A model generated the notes under the pieces. That model saw only the letters and a program-made list of their open reading frames with translations, had not been told where the DNA came from and did not search any database. Made by a program: the position numbers and the translations under genes. DNA of 64,000 bases from Candidatus Pacearchaeota archaeon (GTDB lineage Archaea; Nanobdellota; Nanobdellia; Pacearchaeales; GW2011-AR1). Location of the stretch: positions 64,410 to 128,409 of the forward strand of contig JBBDJR010000006.1 of assembly GCA_040879785.1 (NCBI GenBank), read 5' to 3'. Below are positions 19,169 to 28,060 of this stretch, one piece after another. Positions within the stretch are counted from its first letter, which is position 1, and every line of letters begins with the position of its first letter.

Positions 19169-19327
19169 ATGGAATACAGAGAAATTTTAGGTTGGATTGG
19201 CGGAGTTGTTGGAGCAATCTAGGGATTGATACAATTCGGAGATTTAGGTGCTATTGGAGGTATTGGAATTGTTGGAGTTTTAATTGGTGCTTTAGTTGGA
19301 GCTATAATTGATAAAGCATCTAAATAG
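19169..19327 (+). pseudogene. Glycine-zipper small membrane protein reading frame interrupted by an in-frame TAG at 19220-19222
   Basis: AGGAGG lies 9 nt upstream of the ATG. Translation is MEYREILGWIGGVVGAI*GLIQFGDLGAIGGIGIVGVLIGALVGAIIDKASK. Confidence 0.35.
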
Positions 19328-19329
19328 AA

Positions 19330-19764
19330 TTAATCTTCTTTTTTCTTTTTTTGTTCCTTTCTTCTTTCTTTAAAATCTTTGTATTCATCCTTTAATTTTT
19401 CTTCTCTTTCTTTGGGAAAAATTGCTTTCTTGCCAATTAATCTTCTTAAAGAATTTGTTAATTCTTCTTCGTTAATCTTATAATCTAATTCTTTTGCTAA
19501 TTTCAAATTTTGTAATTCTAAATTTGTTCTGTTTTGGGCTAAAAGATTATCTTTAATTTGATATTTTATTTTTAGTTGTTGTAGTAATTGTATTAAAAAA
19601 TAAAAGTGAAAAATGCCCAAAATAAAAAATATTAAAGTTAACCACCAGGCAAAAACTTTGTAAAAATATGTAATTATTAACATAGAACCAATAAACATAA
19701 CCAAATAATAAAGAGTTACCAAAAATCTTGATTTGTCTTCATCAATTATATTCTCAATTCCCAT
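19330..19764 (-). CDS. Membrane + coiled-coil hypothetical protein
   Basis: Two TM helices followed by a charged helical tail. Confidence 0.45.
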   Translation of the reverse strand: MGIENIIDEDKSRFLVTLYYLVMFIGSMLIITYFYKVFAWWLTLIFFILGIFHFYFLIQLLQQLKIKYQIKDNLLAQNRTNLELQNLKLAKELDYKINEEELTNSLRRLIGKKAIFPKEREEKLKDEYKDFKERRKEQKKKKED

Positions 19765-19804
19765 AATTTTAAGGAGTTCTTTGAGTTTAAGTATTTTTTA
19801 AAAA

Positions 19805-19966
19805 TTAATCTTTAATTTTCTTACCACAGATTGAACATTTGTCTTTCCTTTTATAGAGTGGATAAATATGTAATCCATATAAAAATATTCTAAACCACCC
19901 CCAATTACTTCTAGCTAAGACAACATTTTTCTTACAATAAGGACAATAAACAATTTCTTTAGTCAT
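19805..19966 (-). CDS. 53-aa zinc-ribbon protein
   Basis: Hand-translated MTKEIVYCPYCKKNV...CSICGKKIKD. Its start overlaps the stop of the upstream gene by 8 nt. Confidence 0.45.
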   Translation of the reverse strand: MTKEIVYCPYCKKNVVLARSNWGWFRIFLYGLHIYPLYKRKDKCSICGKKIKD

Positions 19967-20321
19967 CGCTCGTGTCTTCCCCCTTTTCTTCTTTTTCCAA
20001 CCCTTTTACCAATATTTTGTATTGTTTGTTTAATTCTTTCTTTGTTACTTCTTTATTATCAAACCTTTCTATAAGCTCTGCAATTTCTTTTAATTTTTCT
20101 ATATTATCCTCATTCTCTAATTCAAAAGCATTTTTACAAACAGGACACTCCAAATAATACTTTGTTTCATACGAAAAGATTGGAATAAAAAATAAGGTTG
20201 CCCAATCTCTTGTTCTTACAAGAGAATAATGGGAGGTGTGAGAACAAATAGGGCATTTTTGAACAAGAGTTGAACCGAAATTTTTAACATTTCTGTGTCC
20301 CCATCCAAATATAAAAAACAT
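19959..20321 (-). CDS. Zinc-ribbon membrane-associated protein
   Basis: CPIC...CPVC pairs flanking a hydrophobic segment. Confidence 0.5.
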   Translation of the reverse strand: MFFIFGWGHRNVKNFGSTLVQKCPICSHTSHYSLVRTRDWATLFFIPIFSYETKYYLECPVCKNAFELENEDNIEKLKEIAELIERFDNKEVTKKELNKQYKILVKGLEKEEKGEDTSDD

Positions 20322-20322
20322 T

Positions 20323-20883
20323 TTATTCTAAGTCTGGAATTCTGTCGGATAGAATTTCACAGTTTTCACAATAACTTATACGGCAACTTGCAAGAGGATA
20401 ATTCCCTTCTTTCTGCTTATTTATATCGTTTTCAAGTTCTACATATTTGTAAGATGTTGATGCTACATTCCCAATCCTTTTTGTAACTGTTGATACAGGA
20501 ATATCTGATACTTCATATCCATCTTCATCTCCCACAGTAACATCGCAGATTACTTCTACATTTCTCGCTTCTACATTCCCAAAGTTATAAATTTCCACAG
20601 TAAAAAGATTTTTACTGGAGTCATAAAAATTTTCTCCCCAAGAATTCAAAACTCCAAACATCAAAGCTTTTTCTTCTGGAATTTCGGGACATTCATTAAT
20701 GTAATCTGAACAAGTTTGCTCATTTATTTCTTGAGATGGCACAGATTTAGTAAAATATAATCCCGCAAAAGCGATAACTGCGATTAAAAGTATCACAGAA
20801 ATAATTTGGTATGTATGATTTTCTTTTGCCATAATAAAATAAAGTATGATAAATCCTTTAAAAACCTTTCTTTTTTCGCTCAC
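20323..20883 (-). CDS. Membrane-anchored hypothetical protein (ATG at 20832 is the likelier start)
   Basis: TM helix IISVILLIAVIAFAGLYF and a Cys-containing ectodomain. Confidence 0.45.
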   Translation of the reverse strand: MSEKRKVFKGFIILYFIMAKENHTYQIISVILLIAVIAFAGLYFTKSVPSQEINEQTCSDYINECPEIPEEKALMFGVLNSWGENFYDSSKNLFTVEIYNFGNVEARNVEVICDVTVGDEDGYEVSDIPVSTVTKRIGNVASTSYKYVELENDINKQKEGNYPLASCRISYCENCEILSDRIPDLE

Positions 20884-20939
20884 AATTTGCTAATAGATTG
20901 TTGAATTTGTTTCTTAAGCCAAATTGCTTATAGATTGCT

Positions 20940-21206
20940 ATGGAATTGCTAAAAGCAATAGGTTTCATAAAAAGAGGGAAAAATCGTAAAGAAATTTTTA
21001 TGAATTTAGATAAACCTATGATGCCCTCTGAATTAGTTGTGAAGATTTACAAAAGCAACAGCAATACTTATTTTAATCTTGTTTCTCGTGCTTTGTCAGA
21101 ATTGAAAGATAAAAAATTAGTTGAAGTTGTAAATCCTGAGGATAGAACAGGAAGAATTTACAAGAGAACAAAAAAAGGCGAAAAAGTCGCAAAAGAATTC
21201 AAATAA
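20940..21206 (+). CDS. Small winged-helix transcriptional regulator
   Basis: 88 aa with the same architecture as 1207..1473 (PSELV...LSELKDKKLVE...RIYKRTKKG). Confidence 0.55.
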   Translation: MELLKAIGFIKRGKNRKEIFMNLDKPMMPSELVVKIYKSNSNTYFNLVSRALSELKDKKLVEVVNPEDRTGRIYKRTKKGEKVAKEFK

Positions 21207-21299
21207 TTCTCGCCGAAGCCGACAAATCATCCGAAGGACTAAGAACCCCAAAAATTAAATGAAAATTGAGTCTATTTATCAACACTTAAACAAACAATA

Positions 21300-22388
21300 T
21301 TAAACCTCAAATCTAAGAATCGCTCCAATTCCACCCATATTCAAAAACTGCTCACCTTCTGTAATCTCTATTGATATAATTTTTACTTCCGAGCCAACAT
21401 CCTCCGCCATTTTAGTGAGCTCTTTAATGAGAGACTTTTCAAGTTTTCCCGACAAAAACAAAGTTTCAACCGCCCCCATCTTTAAAGCTCTTTTAACATT
21501 TTCTTCTCCAAGGAAAGTTTTCTTAGGGTCTTCGCCAAGTCTCTGTAAAAACTTTTCAATTTCTTTTCTCTCAAGTGTTCTTTCATGATTAGCCAACAAA
21601 TCCTGAGACTTCCCGACAAGTTCATCAAGCCCTGATTCAGAAGTATCTCCTATATCAATTCTTCCTATAACTTTTTCTTTAAGTCGTGTCGCAAGAAAAT
21701 CCCCGTCCAAAAATTCATCCTTCGTAGGAACCGGTCCTCCAACAATTATCCCTTTAAGTTTAGGCATTTCAAAAAACGATTTCTTCATCTCCTCCGCAAT
21801 CCTTTTATAAAAATCTCTTGTAAGTCCCTCAGTAATTCTATGGAATCTTTGAGAACTCTGACCTCCTGCCCGAACTTTCGAAGGAATCCCTGAAGACATC
21901 TTTTGCAAAACATCTATTCTCTTCCCTTCAAGAACCCCTATGGTTGCTTCTTTTCTGTCCATAACAGCCAAGCCAAAAACTTCAGCAACTTCCAGCATTT
22001 CTTCCAGCGGACCAAGAACAAACTCCTTATCACAACGATAAAGCCTGCTCTTCAACGGAGTAGGAGGTTCAAACGCCCAAATCTGCAAATCCTGCTGACC
22101 TTCCGATTTAGAAATATCTCCCGAAAAAATAGCCAGACCATTCTCAGGTGTTTTCTTCAGTGTCTTAAGCTCTCTAACAAGTTTATCCAACGCATCAACA
22201 ACATTTTTTCTCGTCGCTGCAGACTTAATATTCTTAGCAGTAGACCTCTCCGCCTCAAGTTGCCTCTGAACAGAATTAACATCATACCCTGCAGGAATAT
22301 AAACCGTAATCAACTCCGTCTGTCTTCCCCTATAGCTTTCAAGCTCTTCAAGAGTCTCTTTCAATTCTGATTTTGTTAGTTTTGTCAT
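21300..22388 (-). CDS. prf1: Peptide chain release factor aRF1
   Basis: NIKS motif (TAKNIKSAATR) and GGQ motif (RAGGQSSQRF). Confidence 0.9.
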   Translation of the reverse strand: MTKLTKSELKETLEELESYRGRQTELITVYIPAGYDVNSVQRQLEAERSTAKNIKSAATRKNVVDALDKLVRELKTLKKTPENGLAIFSGDISKSEGQQDLQIWAFEPPTPLKSRLYRCDKEFVLGPLEEMLEVAEVFGLAVMDRKEATIGVLEGKRIDVLQKMSSGIPSKVRAGGQSSQRFHRITEGLTRDFYKRIAEEMKKSFFEMPKLKGIIVGGPVPTKDEFLDGDFLATRLKEKVIGRIDIGDTSESGLDELVGKSQDLLANHERTLERKEIEKFLQRLGEDPKKTFLGEENVKRALKMGAVETLFLSGKLEKSLIKELTKMAEDVGSEVKIISIEITEGEQFLNMGGIGAILRFEV

Positions 22389-22389
22389 A

Positions 22390-24771
22390 TTAGATTAACT
22401 TATGAGTTGCTTTTAAATCCCTCTCAAAAGGCTCAAGAATCTTAGGAATTTTAATTCCAGAGATTTCATTTCTCAACGAGATTCCTTTTTCCTTTTTCTT
22501 CTTCCAGATCTCAGAATTAAAATCCATCACTCTCTGAACATTGATTAGTTCTGAAAGACCTATCTTAGCCTTAGGGAATTTTTCATTAAGCAAATCTAAA
22601 TCCATTTCTGAAGCAATTGTCGTTGTGACCTGAGGAATAATCGGGTAAAGCAACATTAAAACCCTCTCAAGTAAACAATGTAATGTCCATTTAGCAGAAC
22701 TAGACTCGTTATCCGAAAAAGTTCCTTCCTGGTTATAGGCTCTGGCCTTAACTAACTCAACATAATTGGACGCAAATTTATCCCATAAAAATCTCCTCAA
22801 CCTTAGTGCAGGATCATAAAAGTTATAATTAGAATAATTCTCTTCACAAAAATCTGTCAGTTCTTCAATATAATCTACAAAAAGTTTATCTAAATCTGTT
22901 AGCCCTGGTTTCTTTGATGGTTTTTCAAATAGAAGGACAAATTTGGAAAGGTTCAATAACTTATTTAAAGTTTTTATCTCTCCTTTAATTCTCTCCTCAG
23001 AACATCTCAAATCGCCTTGAGCCAAATCGCCTTCTGTAGCAGCCCAAAAACGAATTGCTTCTCCCCCATATGAATCCAATAATTTTTGAGGATCAACAAT
23101 GTTGCCTTTTGATTTAGACATCTTATATCCTTTTGAATCAACAATATGTTGATTAATCCAGACATCCTTAAATGCCGGCTTTCCAGTTTCCAAATAACCT
23201 CTCAATAAAGTATAGTATAACCACGTACGAATTATCTCTTTTCCCTGAGGTCTTAAACTACAAGGGTATGCTCTTTTAAAAAAATCCTTGTCATTATTAT
23301 ATCTTAATAAAACCAGTTCGGAAATTGAAGAATCCATCCAAGTATCAAAAACTCTCTCTTCTCCTTTCCACTCCACCTTAAAATCTTTAACCAACCCAAC
23401 TTTCCTGCCTTTTTTCCAGACCTCAAAATTAGGGTTAGGTCTTTCCTTCCAAGGTTCATAATACTTCCCAGATTCACCTAATGCATAAACTTTTTCCCCT
23501 TCAACTTCAGAATACCAGATTGGCACGGGCGTTGCATAATATCTTCTCCGAGAAATAGGCCAATCAATGCTAACAGAATCAATCCATCCATCTAGGAGTT
23601 TTTTTGCACTTTTAGGATAAAAATTAATCTTTTTAGAAATCTCTTTAATTTTTGATTTAAATTCAACCTGTTTTAAATAATACTCGGGCATTTCAATAAA
23701 TTCAATTTCTACCCCGCTTCTTTCTGATACAGGTGTGCTATGGACTATCCTTTTCTGTTCAGTAATCAATTTTTTCTCATCTAATCTCTCAATAATCTTT
23801 CTCCTTGCTTCTTTGATTTTTAATCCTTCTAAAAAACCCGACTTTTCATTCATAGTCCCATCCTTATTTATAGCAATACGGGGAATCAAACCCATCTCCC
23901 TAAAAAATTGTATGTCTGTTAAATCTCCTGCAGAACACATCATCGCCAATCCCGTTCCCTTATCAGCCTGAGCAAGAGAATGAGCCTTAATCGGAACTTC
24001 CTCATTGAATAAAGGACTTATTGCAGTCTTACCTTCAAGATGTTTATATCTTTTATCCTCAGGATTAAAAATAACCATGCCACAAGTGCAAATCAATTCA
24101 GGCCTGGTCGTTCCAATAATAATCTCCTCCCCAGTCTCTTTCACCCTCCATTTGATAAAATTAAAATTACTCTCTACTTCTTTATAATCAATTTCGGAAT
24201 CTGCAAGAGTTGTTTGGAGTTTAGAATCCCAATTATTTATCCTCGTATCTTCATAGACCAACCCCCTCTTAAATAATTCGATAAACGTCGCCTGAGTAAC
24301 ACTGCGATATTCTGGAGAATCTGTTTTGTAAATGGCTCCAAAATGACTTCCTTCCTTATATGAAGTAAATGAGATCCCAAGCCGGGAGAAAGTATCCTGA
24401 GTTTCTGTAGATGTCTCCTCAAGCAACTTTTTACATGCATCAATAAACTTATCCCTTCCTTCCTTAAAAGGAGATATCTTAAACTTTTTTTCAGCAGCCA
24501 TCTCAATAGGAAGCCCGTTCCTATCAAGGCCAAGAGGGAAAATAACATCAAACCCCTTCATTCTTTTATACCTTGCAAAAAAATCCATATAACAATAAGT
24601 TACTGCCTGACCAATATGAACCGGAGAATTAACATAAGGAGGAGGGGTATCTATAGAATAAATCTTTTTCTTTGATTTAGAATCAAATTTAAATTGTTCT
24701 GATTTTTTCCACCTCTCAGTTATTTCTCTCTCAACATTATTATTCCAGTTTTTTATTTCCTTCAATTTCAT
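22390..24771 (-). CDS. valS: Valyl-tRNA synthetase (archaeal type, compact)
   Basis: FKFD...YSIDTPPPYVNSPVHIGQ, LGLDRNGLPIE and KMSKSKGN. Start set at the ATG at 24771. Confidence 0.75.
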   Translation of the reverse strand: MKLKEIKNWNNNVEREITERWKKSEQFKFDSKSKKKIYSIDTPPPYVNSPVHIGQAVTYCYMDFFARYKRMKGFDVIFPLGLDRNGLPIEMAAEKKFKISPFKEGRDKFIDACKKLLEETSTETQDTFSRLGISFTSYKEGSHFGAIYKTDSPEYRSVTQATFIELFKRGLVYEDTRINNWDSKLQTTLADSEIDYKEVESNFNFIKWRVKETGEEIIIGTTRPELICTCGMVIFNPEDKRYKHLEGKTAISPLFNEEVPIKAHSLAQADKGTGLAMMCSAGDLTDIQFFREMGLIPRIAINKDGTMNEKSGFLEGLKIKEARRKIIERLDEKKLITEQKRIVHSTPVSERSGVEIEFIEMPEYYLKQVEFKSKIKEISKKINFYPKSAKKLLDGWIDSVSIDWPISRRRYYATPVPIWYSEVEGEKVYALGESGKYYEPWKERPNPNFEVWKKGRKVGLVKDFKVEWKGEERVFDTWMDSSISELVLLRYNNDKDFFKRAYPCSLRPQGKEIIRTWLYYTLLRGYLETGKPAFKDVWINQHIVDSKGYKMSKSKGNIVDPQKLLDSYGGEAIRFWAATEGDLAQGDLRCSEERIKGEIKTLNKLLNLSKFVLLFEKPSKKPGLTDLDKLFVDYIEELTDFCEENYSNYNFYDPALRLRRFLWDKFASNYVELVKARAYNQEGTFSDNESSSAKWTLHCLLERVLMLLYPIIPQVTTTIASEMDLDLLNEKFPKAKIGLSELINVQRVMDFNSEIWKKKKEKGISLRNEISGIKIPKILEPFERDLKATHKLI

Positions 24772-24828
24772 AAAAAGACTATACACAATAACTTTTAAAA
24801 ACTATTTGAATCTATCTAAACTGTAAAA

Positions 24829-24987
24829 ATGGCAAAAGATAATAGAATTCAGATGCCCGGCGGATTTGGAGGGTTGATGAGGTTTGATGAAGAATTTAAA
24901 AGTAAATTTATGCTCAAACCAACCCACATAGTTGTATTTGTAATCCTTGTTGTGGTTTTCAGAGTTCTTCTTGAATTTATATTCTAA
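24829..24987 (+). CDS. secG: Preprotein translocase subunit Sec61beta
   Basis: Hand-translated 52 aa MAKDNRIQMPGGFGGLMRFDEEFKSKFMLKPTHIVVFVILVVVF..., with a single C-terminal TM. Confidence 0.7.
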   Translation: MAKDNRIQMPGGFGGLMRFDEEFKSKFMLKPTHIVVFVILVVVFRVLLEFIF

Positions 24988-25040
24988 TCATTACAATCCT
25001 AAACAGAAAACAATAAAAACCCTTAAACTTTTTCTAAAAT

Positions 25041-25382
25041 ATGTTACCAGGAATGGGCGGTATGAATCCCAAAAAAATGCAGGCAATGATGAAGCAACTC
25101 GGAATGAACCAGGAAGAAATCCAGGCAAACAGAGTTATAATTGAGAAAACAGACGGAAATAAAACAATAATTGAGAATCCCTCTGTACAAAAGATTTCAA
25201 TGCAAGGACAAGAAAATTTCCAGATCTCCGGAGATATAAAAGAAGAGGCAGGAGAAAAATTCTCGGAAGATGATATTAAAACAGTTGCCGAGAAAACAGA
25301 CTCAGGCAAAGAAGAAGCAAAAAAGGCTCTTGAAGAATCTGACGGAGACCTTGCAGAAGCAATCATGAAACTAAGTGAATAA
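25041..25382 (+). CDS. nac: Nascent polypeptide-associated complex protein
   Basis: MLPGMGGMNPKKMQAMMKQLGM N-terminus, a NAC beta-domain, and a C-terminal UBA-like EEAKKALEESDGDLAEAIMKL. Confidence 0.85.
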   Translation: MLPGMGGMNPKKMQAMMKQLGMNQEEIQANRVIIEKTDGNKTIIENPSVQKISMQGQENFQISGDIKEEAGEKFSEDDIKTVAEKTDSGKEEAKKALEESDGDLAEAIMKLSE

Positions 25383-25435
25383 ACTATATTTTTAGCCACC
25401 AACAACTATTTTAATTCTAAACCCTTTATGTAGAC

Positions 25436-25909
25436 ATGGACAAGTTTCTGGAGAATATATCTAAGGCAGAAGGAACATTGAGGAATACAGACCATATGGT
25501 TTACATAACATTCCCTCTAATAAAGGATAAAAGACTTCTCCTAAAGATTCTCCAGGAAATAAAAAACGCAGTTTCACTTTGCATCACATCAATCCTCCAG
25601 TACGAGTATATACATAAAAGGATTAAACTATATAAAGACCCCAAATCAAATCTCAGGACATTTACCGAGAGGTGCGCTCAGAGATATAATATCCGAGAAG
25701 ATGAAATAAACAATATTCTTGAATTATTTGACATTATAAAAAAACATAATGACAGCCCATTTGAATTTGTAAAAGATGATAAAGTGGTTATTTTATCAAA
25801 CGGATTAAAACCAAAAACACTGACGCTGGAAAAGACAAAAGAATTCTTAATCCTGGCAAAAAACATCCTAAAGAAGATAAAAGAAAAATATGGTAAAGAC
25901 TACCCTTAA
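25436..25909 (+). CDS. Hypothetical helical protein (paralog of the next gene)
   Basis: NTDHMVYITFPLIKDKRLLLKIL resembles SADHLLYVSLKYTKTCDVILNLIL in 26001..26441. Confidence 0.45.
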   Translation: MDKFLENISKAEGTLRNTDHMVYITFPLIKDKRLLLKILQEIKNAVSLCITSILQYEYIHKRIKLYKDPKSNLRTFTERCAQRYNIREDEINNILELFDIIKKHNDSPFEFVKDDKVVILSNGLKPKTLTLEKTKEFLILAKNILKKIKEKYGKDYP

Positions 25910-26000
25910 AATCTTTTCTGGAAAAAGAGAAAAAATATAAAAAGCCCTTAATCTTAGTAATCTTTACTTCTAAGATAAAGCCAGAGGTAAAATCCAAATA

Positions 26001-26441
26001 ATGGAAGAAATAATTCAAGAAAAAATCAGTGCAGACCATCTCCTTTATGTCAGCCTGAAGTATACAAAAACCTGCGATGTTATTCTAAACCTAATCTTAA
26101 GATGGAGAAAAATGATAGAAACAGGCACAGATGAGATATTAAATCACGCTAAAAAAAAGAAAAAGATTTCTTCAATTCCCGAGAATCCTGTTGGTAAAAT
26201 AGACACAATAAAACAGCTCTTCAAAAAAGACAAGAATTTTCTCGAAGTTATTGAAATGTACGAAATGTTCAGAAAGATAGAGGATTTAAGAAAGGAGAGA
26301 ATTGGAGAATTTAGAAAGAATGTAAATTTAAAGGTATTTTATCGAGGAGAAGAAGTAAATATAAATCTAGAACAACTCAAAATTTATGCAGAGAAGTTAG
26401 AAAAGTTTATAAGCACAACTAAGCAATTTCTTCTATCTTGA
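26001..26441 (+). CDS. Hypothetical helical protein (paralog of the previous gene)
   Basis: See 25436..25909. Confidence 0.45.
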   Translation: MEEIIQEKISADHLLYVSLKYTKTCDVILNLILRWRKMIETGTDEILNHAKKKKKISSIPENPVGKIDTIKQLFKKDKNFLEVIEMYEMFRKIEDLRKERIGEFRKNVNLKVFYRGEEVNINLEQLKIYAEKLEKFISTTKQFLLS

Positions 26442-26478
26442 TTAAGAAATTTAAATCTTGATTATTTAAGAAACTAAA

Positions 26479-27255
26479 ATGGGTAAAATAATTGTTATTA
26501 CATCTGGAAAAGGGGGTGTAGGAAAAACCACTACGGCAATTAATCTGGCTGTAGCAATGAAGCATTTTGGAAAAGATGTATTGGTTGTCGACGGAAACCT
26601 GACTACGCCAAATATAGGTGTCCATCTAAACGCCCCGGAAGTTCCTATCAATTTAAACCATGTCTTAAGAGGTAAGGCCGAACTCTTTGAAGCAATATAT
26701 GAACATGAATCAGGAATAAAGATCATCCCTTCATCTTTATCTATAAAAGAATTAAGAAAAACAAAATCCGAGAAGCTTAAGAAATTAGGGAAGGAATTGA
26801 GGAAACATTCAGAGCACATAATAATTGATTGTGCTGCCGGACTTGGTGACGAAGCTACCCATTCGATAGAAACTGCAGACGAACTAATAATTGTTACAAA
26901 CCCTGAAATGCCTGCAATAACCGACGCTCTAAAGGCGATAAAAGTTGCCGAAGAAATGAAAATACCTGTGAAAGGAATTGTTGTAACAAGAGTCCGAAAA
27001 GACAATATAGAATTAACTCCTGAAGTTGTTAAAGAAATACTTGAAGTCCCTGTTTTGGGAATGATTCCCGAAGACAACGCAGTTAAGGAATCTATAAAAA
27101 TAAAAAATGCAGTTGTCCATCTAAGCCCAAAAAGCAACGCATCAAGAGCATACAAAGAAGTCGCAGCAAAAATTCTTGAAGTAGATTATGATTCTAACAA
27201 AGACAGAGAAAAAATGCTTGAAAGACTTCTAAGAAAATTAGGTCTGAGGGCTTAA
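26479..27255 (+). CDS. minD: MinD/ParA-family ATPase
   Basis: Deviant Walker A SGKGGVGKTT and a MinD-like overall pattern. Confidence 0.85.
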   Translation: MGKIIVITSGKGGVGKTTTAINLAVAMKHFGKDVLVVDGNLTTPNIGVHLNAPEVPINLNHVLRGKAELFEAIYEHESGIKIIPSSLSIKELRKTKSEKLKKLGKELRKHSEHIIIDCAAGLGDEATHSIETADELIIVTNPEMPAITDALKAIKVAEEMKIPVKGIVVTRVRKDNIELTPEVVKEILEVPVLGMIPEDNAVKESIKIKNAVVHLSPKSNASRAYKEVAAKILEVDYDSNKDREKMLERLLRKLGLRA

Positions 27256-27333
27256 CTAACATCAAACTAAATAAAAAATAATATAATGCTTGAGTATAGT
27301 TATCTTTAAATAAAGAATTTAATTTATTCACTT

Positions 27334-27696
27334 ATGGTTCACCTTCCTACAATTCAAGAACGGGAAAGAAATTATAGAGAAAACAAATCAGAAATTCTAT
27401 CTTCTGGGCACCGTTTTGCAGTTATTGGACCTAATTCAATTGAATATTTTGATGATAAAAAATCTCTTTATGAAGAACATCCTTACTTTCAACCAAATCC
27501 AAAGACTCCCATAACATTTGGGGGAACCCATCCTCTATTAGTTGATATTGGAAAGAAAACAAATTCCAGCGAATATAAGTTAGAAAAAAATCAAGCCGAG
27601 AAAGAAAACTTAATAAGAAGAAGAGAATTAACAAATAGTAGATTAAAGTCAATTGATAGCAAATTAGAAGAATTAGAAAAAGAAGACCTCACATAA
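27334..27696 (+). CDS. Hypothetical protein
   Basis: ORF only; C-terminal coiled coil. Confidence 0.4.
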   Translation: MVHLPTIQERERNYRENKSEILSSGHRFAVIGPNSIEYFDDKKSLYEEHPYFQPNPKTPITFGGTHPLLVDIGKKTNSSEYKLEKNQAEKENLIRRRELTNSRLKSIDSKLEELEKEDLT

Positions 27697-27700
27697 AATC

Positions 27701-28060
27701 CTAACTTATCTCGGAACCATTCTCAATATCTTTCTCGGGAGAAATCAAAACAACTTCTTTTTCCTTGCTCTCTTCTGAAATTGCCGAAGCAGCTAATAGC
27801 ATCCCCTGACTTTCAACACCTCTCAACTTTCTCGGCTTCAAATTTGAGAAATAAATTATTTTCTTTCCTTTCAAATCTTCATTGGAGTAGAACTCCTTCA
27901 ACCCCGCACAAACAACCCTCTCGCCAATTTCGGGACCAACGTCTAAAGAAATCTTATACAATTTATCTGCACCTTCGATATCTTCAACCTGTTTGATTTC
28001 TGCAACTCTTAAATCAAGTTTTACCCAATCCTCAAAATCAACTTCTTTTATACCTTCCAT
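27701..28060 (-). CDS. Stand-alone tRNA-binding OB domain (Trbp111/EMAP-like; MetRS C-terminal domain encoded separately)
   Basis: KLDLRVAEIKQVEDIEGADKLYKISLDVG...GVESQGMLLAA. Overlaps the metG stop by 13 nt. Confidence 0.8.
   Translation of the reverse strand: MEGIKEVDFEDWVKLDLRVAEIKQVEDIEGADKLYKISLDVGPEIGERVVCAGLKEFYSNEDLKGKKIIYFSNLKPRKLRGVESQGMLLAASAISEESKEKEVVLISPEKDIENGSEIS

Noticed and set aside
19220-19222. Genome-wide TAG reassignment (for example pyrrolysine or a sense codon)
   Set aside because: TAG clearly terminates well-conserved genes in this window, with intergenic sequence following: topA at 4441-4443 and aIF1A at 40397-40399. A global recoding is therefore not supported, and only local readthrough or a pseudogene remains possible.
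26466-27155. 229-aa minus-strand ORF
   Set aside because: It is fully antisense to the well-supported MinD gene. Its translation is low-complexity (S/T/I/F-rich) with no motifs. It is a typical shadow ORF in AT-rich DNA.
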